The notes under the pieces are model-generated. The model made no database searches. It had not been told where the DNA came from and saw nothing but the letters and a program-made list of their open reading frames with translations. The position numbers and the translations under genes are program-made. A stretch of DNA of 64,000 nt from Eledone cirrhosa. Lineage: Eukaryota. The stretch's first letter is position 1. Each line of letters opens with the position of its first letter. The stretch is taken from contig OZ024743.1 of assembly GCA_964016885.1 (NCBI GenBank), positions 209,622,001-209,686,000 of the forward strand. Reading direction: 5' to 3'. Positions 59,761 through 64,000 of the stretch are shown piece after piece.

Positions 59761-62624
59761 AGTTTACCATCCTATAGCCACAGATGAAAGCTGTTCACTC
59801 CATAAGTTATACCACAGTTTACCATCCTATAGCCACAGATGAAAGCTCTTCACTCCATAAGATATACCACAGTTTACCATCCTATAGCCAGATGAAAGCT
59901 CTTCACTCCATCAGATATACCACAGTTTACCATCCTATAGCCACAGATGAAAGCTCTTCACTCCATAAGATATACCACAGTTTACCATCCTATAGCCACA
60001 CATGAAAGCTCTTCACTCCATAAGATATACCACAGTTTACCATCCTATAGCCACACATGAAAGCTCTTCACTCCATAAGATATACCACAGTTTACCATCC
60101 TATGGCCACACATGAAAGCTCTTCACCCCATAAGATATACCACAGTTTACCATCCTATAGCCACACATGTAAGCTCTTCACTCCATAAGATATACCACAG
60201 TTTACCATCCTATAGCCACACATGACAGCTCTTCACTCCATAAGATATACCACAGTTTACCATCCTATAGCCAGATGAAAGCTCTTCACTCCATAAAATA
60301 TACCACAGTTTACCATCCTATAGCCACACATGAAAGCTCTTCACTCCATAGGATATACCACAGTTTACCATCCTATAGCCACAGATGAAAGCTCTTCACT
60401 CCATAAGATATACCACAGTTTACAATCCTATAGCCAGAGATGAAAGCTCTTCACTCCATGAGATATACCACAGTTTACCATCCTATAGCCAGAGATGAAT
60501 GCTCTTCACTCCATGAGATATACCACAGTTTACCATCCTATAGTCACAGATGAAAGCTCTTCACTTCATAAGATATACCACAGTTTACCATCCTATAGCC
60601 ACACATGAAAGCTCTTCACTCCATAAGATATACCACAGTTTACCATCCTATAGCCACGCCACGGATGAAAGCTATTCACTCCATAAGATATACCACAGTT
60701 TACCATCCTATAGTCACACATGAAAGCTCTTCACTCCATAAGATATAACACAGTTTACCATCCTATAGCCAGATGAAAGTTCTTCACTCCATAAGATATA
60801 CCACAGTTTACCATCCTATAGCCACAGATGAAAGCTCTTCACTCCATAAGATATACCACAGTTTACCATCCTATAGCCACAGATGAAAGCTCTTCACTCC
60901 ATAAGATATACCACTGTTTACCATCCTATAGCCACAGATGAAAGTTGTTCACTCCATAAGATATACCACAGTTTACCATCCTATAGCCACAGATGAAAGC
61001 TCTTCACTCCATAAGATATACCACACTTTACCATCCTATAGCCACACATGAAAGCTCTTTACTCCATAAGATATCCCACAGTTTACCATCATATAGCCAC
61101 ACATGAAAGCTCTTCACTCCATAAGATATACCACAGTTTACCATCATATAGCCAGATGAAAGCTCTTCACTCCATAAGATATACCACAGTTTACCATCCT
61201 ATAGCCACAGATGAAAGCTGTTCACTCCATAAGTTATACCACAGTTTACCATCCTATAGCCACAGATGAAAGCTCTTCACTCCATAAGGTATACCACAGT
61301 TGACCATCCTATAGCCACAGATGAAAGCTGTTCACTCCATAAGATAAACCACAGTTTACCATCCTATAGCCACACATGAAAGCTCTTCACTCCATAAGAT
61401 ATACCACAGTTTACCATCCTATAGCCACAGATGAAAGCTGTTCACTCCATAAGATATACGACAGTTTACCATCCTATAGCCACAGAAGAAAGCTGTTTAC
61501 TCCATAAGATATACGACAGTTTACCATCCTATAGCCAGATGAAAGCTGTTCACTCCATAAGATATACCACAGATTACCATCCCATAGCCACAGATGAAAG
61601 CTGTTCACTCCATAAGATATACCACAGTTTACCATCCTATAGCCAGATGAAAGCTCTTCACTCCATCAGATATACCACAGTTTACCATCCTATAGCCACA
61701 GATGAAAGCTGTTCACTCCATAAGATATACCACAGTTTACCATGCTATGGCCACACATGAAAGCTCTTCACTCCATAAGATATACCACAGTTTACCATCC
61801 TATAGCCACACATGAAAGCTCTTCACTCCATAAGATATACCACTGTTTACCATCCTATAGCCACACATGAAAGCTCTTCACTCCATAAGATATACCACAG
61901 TTTACCATCCTATAGCAACACATGAAAGCTCTTCACTCCATAATATATTCCACAGTTTACCATCCTATAGCCACACATGAGAGCTCTTCATCCATAAGAT
62001 ATACCACTGTTTACCATCCTATGGCCACACATGAAAGCTCTTCACCCCATAAGATATACCACAGTTTACCATCCTATTGCCACACATGAAAGTTCTTCAC
62101 TCGATAAGATATACCACAGTTTACCATCCTATAGCCACACATGAAAGCTCTTCACTCCATAAGATATACCACAGTTTACCATGCTATAGCTAGATGAAAG
62201 CTCTTCACTCCATAAGATATACCACAGTTTACCATCCTATAGCCAGATGAAAGCTCGTCACTCCATAAGATATACCACAGTTTACCATCCTATAGCCACA
62301 CATGAAAGCTCTTCACTCCATAAGATATACCACAGTTTACCATCCTATAGCCACACATGAAAGCTCTTCACTCCATAAGATATACCACAGTTTACCATCC
62401 TATGGCCACACATGAAAGCTCTTCACCCCATAAGATATACCACGGTTTACCATCCTATAGCCACACATGTAAGCTCTTCACTCCATAAGATATACCACAG
62501 TTTACCATCCTATAGCCACACATGAAAGCTCTTCACTCCATAAGATATACCACAGTTTACCATCCTATAGCCAGATGAAAGCTCTTCACTCCATAAAATA
62601 TACCACAGTTTACCATCCTATAGC

Positions 62625-62850
62625 CACACATGAAAGCTCTACACTCCATAAAATATACCACAGTTTACCATCCTATAGCCACAGATGAAAGCTCTTAACC
62701 CCATAAGACATACCACAGTTTACCATCCTATAGCCACACATGAAAGCTCTACACTCCATAAAATATACCACAGTTTACCATCCTATAGCCACAGATGAAA
62801 GCTCTTAACCCCATAAGACATACCACAGTTTACCATCCTATAGCCACACA
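62625..62850 (+). repeat. 110-bp (dimer) tandem duplication
   Basis: The CTCTACACTCCATAAAA and CTTAACCCCATAAGACA pair is repeated at offset 110 (62641/62751, 62701/62811). Confidence 0.9.
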
Positions 62851-64000
62851 TGAAAGCTCCTCACTCCATAGGATATACCGCAGTTTACCATCCTATAGCC
62901 ACACATGAAAGCTCTGCACTCCATAAAATATACCACAGTTTACCATCCTATAGCCACACATGAAAGCTCTTCACTCCATAAGATATACCACAGTTTACCA
63001 TCCTATAGCCAGATGAATTCTCTTCACTCCATAAGATGTACGACAGTTTACCATCCTATACCCACACATGAAAGCTCTTCAATCCATAAGATATACCTCA
63101 GTTTACCATCTTATAGCCACAGATGACAGCTCTTCACTCCATAATATATACCACAGTTTACCATCCTATATCCACAGATGAAAGCTGTTCACTCCATAAG
63201 ATATACCACAGTTTACCATCCTATAGCCACAGATGAAAGCTCTTCACTCCATAAGATATACCACAGTTTACCATCCTATAGCCACAGATGAAAGCTCTTC
63301 ACTCCATAAGATATACCACAGTTTACCATCCTATAGCCACACATGAAAGCTCTTCACTCCATAAGATATACCACAGTTTACCATCCTATAGCCACACATG
63401 AAAGCTCTTCACTCCATAAGATATACCACAGTTTACCATCCTATGGCCACACATGAAAGCTCTTCACCCCATAAGATATACCACAGTTTACCATCCTATA
63501 GCCACACATGTAAGCTCTTCACTCCATAAGATATACCACAGTTTACCATCCTATAGCCACACATGAAAGCTCTTCACTCCATAAGATATACCACAGTTTA
63601 CCATCCTATAGCCAGATGAAAGCTCTTCACTCCATAAAATATACCACAGTTTACCATCCTATAGCCACACATGAAAGCACTTCACTCCATAAGATATACC
63701 ACAGTTTACCATCCTATAGCCAGAGATGAAATCTCTTCACTCCATGAGATATACCACAGTTTACCATCCTATAACCACAGATGAATGCTCTTCACTCCAT
63801 GAGATATACCACAGTTTACCATTCTATAGCCACAGATGAAAGCTCTTCACTTCATAAGATATACCACAGTTTACCATCCTATAGCCACACATGAAAGCTC
63901 TTCACTCCATAAGATATACCACAGTTTACCATCCTATAGCCACGCCACGGATGAAAGCTATTCACTCCATAAGATATACCACAGTTTACCATCCTATAGT

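Larger units (their letters stand above)
1..64000 (+). repeat. 55-bp tandem satellite DNA array (about 1,165 monomers, with 53-bp and 60-bp length variants), running off both window ends
   Basis: The unit ATGAAAGCTCTTCACTCCATAAGATATACCACAGTTTACCATCCTATAGCCACAG/C recurs continuously (e.g. starts at 40 and 95). Monomers usually differ from consensus by 0-3 substitutions. No non-repeat sequence or inversion was seen. Confidence 0.99.

Noticed and set aside
521-63126. About 100 plus-strand ORFs of the type MKALHSIRYTTVYHPIAT...
   Set aside because: They are translations of the satellite. Starts and stops follow from the 55/53/60 arrangement, overlapping frames give the same peptides, variants freely create stops, and no domain is recognisable.
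1-64000. CRISPR array
   Set aside because: There are no unique spacers, since the entire unit is repeated, and no leader or cas genes.
1-64000. Canonical telomerase-made repeat
   Set aside because: There is no TTAGGG-like unit. Ordered variant strings inherited in kb-scale blocks indicate DNA-level duplication rather than templated addition.
1-64000. tRNA, 5S, snRNA or ribozyme tandem array
   Set aside because: The unit is too short, with no cloverleaf or Pol III B-box. GATGA and GAAA overlap rather than being separated by a stem, so no hammerhead core can form. Only a 4-bp stem is evident.
1-64000. Sequencing or rolling-circle concatemer artefact of a single monomer
   Set aside because: Substitutions recur in ordered, nested patterns and random indels are nearly absent, which fits real array evolution. 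Individual block copy numbers still need read validation.
1-64000. Embedded transposon, inversion or unique island
   Set aside because: None seen on reading through. The largest departures from consensus are a few bases.
1-64000. CENP-B box
   Set aside because: The TTCG-N4-A-N2-CGGG core is absent, and the consensus has no CpG.

Overview
The whole 64 kb window is one uninterrupted head-to-tail tandem satellite array. It holds roughly 1,160-1,170 monomers (estimated from length), all in one orientation. The consensus monomer is 55 bp: ATGAAAGCTCTTCACTCCATAAGATATACCACAGTTTACCATCCTATAGCCACA(G/C). It is about 40% GC, has no CpG, and the + strand is strongly C>G (16 C vs 6 G in the G-ending form). 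Two length variants recur: 53 bp (CA deleted, ...TAGCCAG) and 60 bp (...TAGCCACGCCACGG). I found no gene, RNA gene, transposon, CRISPR spacer or unique sequence. Every ORF in the track is a by-product of repeat arithmetic. The informative structure is the order of monomer variants, which shows nested, irregular higher-order duplications of about 0.1-5.8 kb and regional turnover of diagnostic variants along the array. This looks like eukaryotic heterochromatic satellite DNA, but organism, chromosomal position and function cannot be determined from the sequence. I cannot support a novel gene system here. Block boundaries were read by eye and are good to about one monomer.
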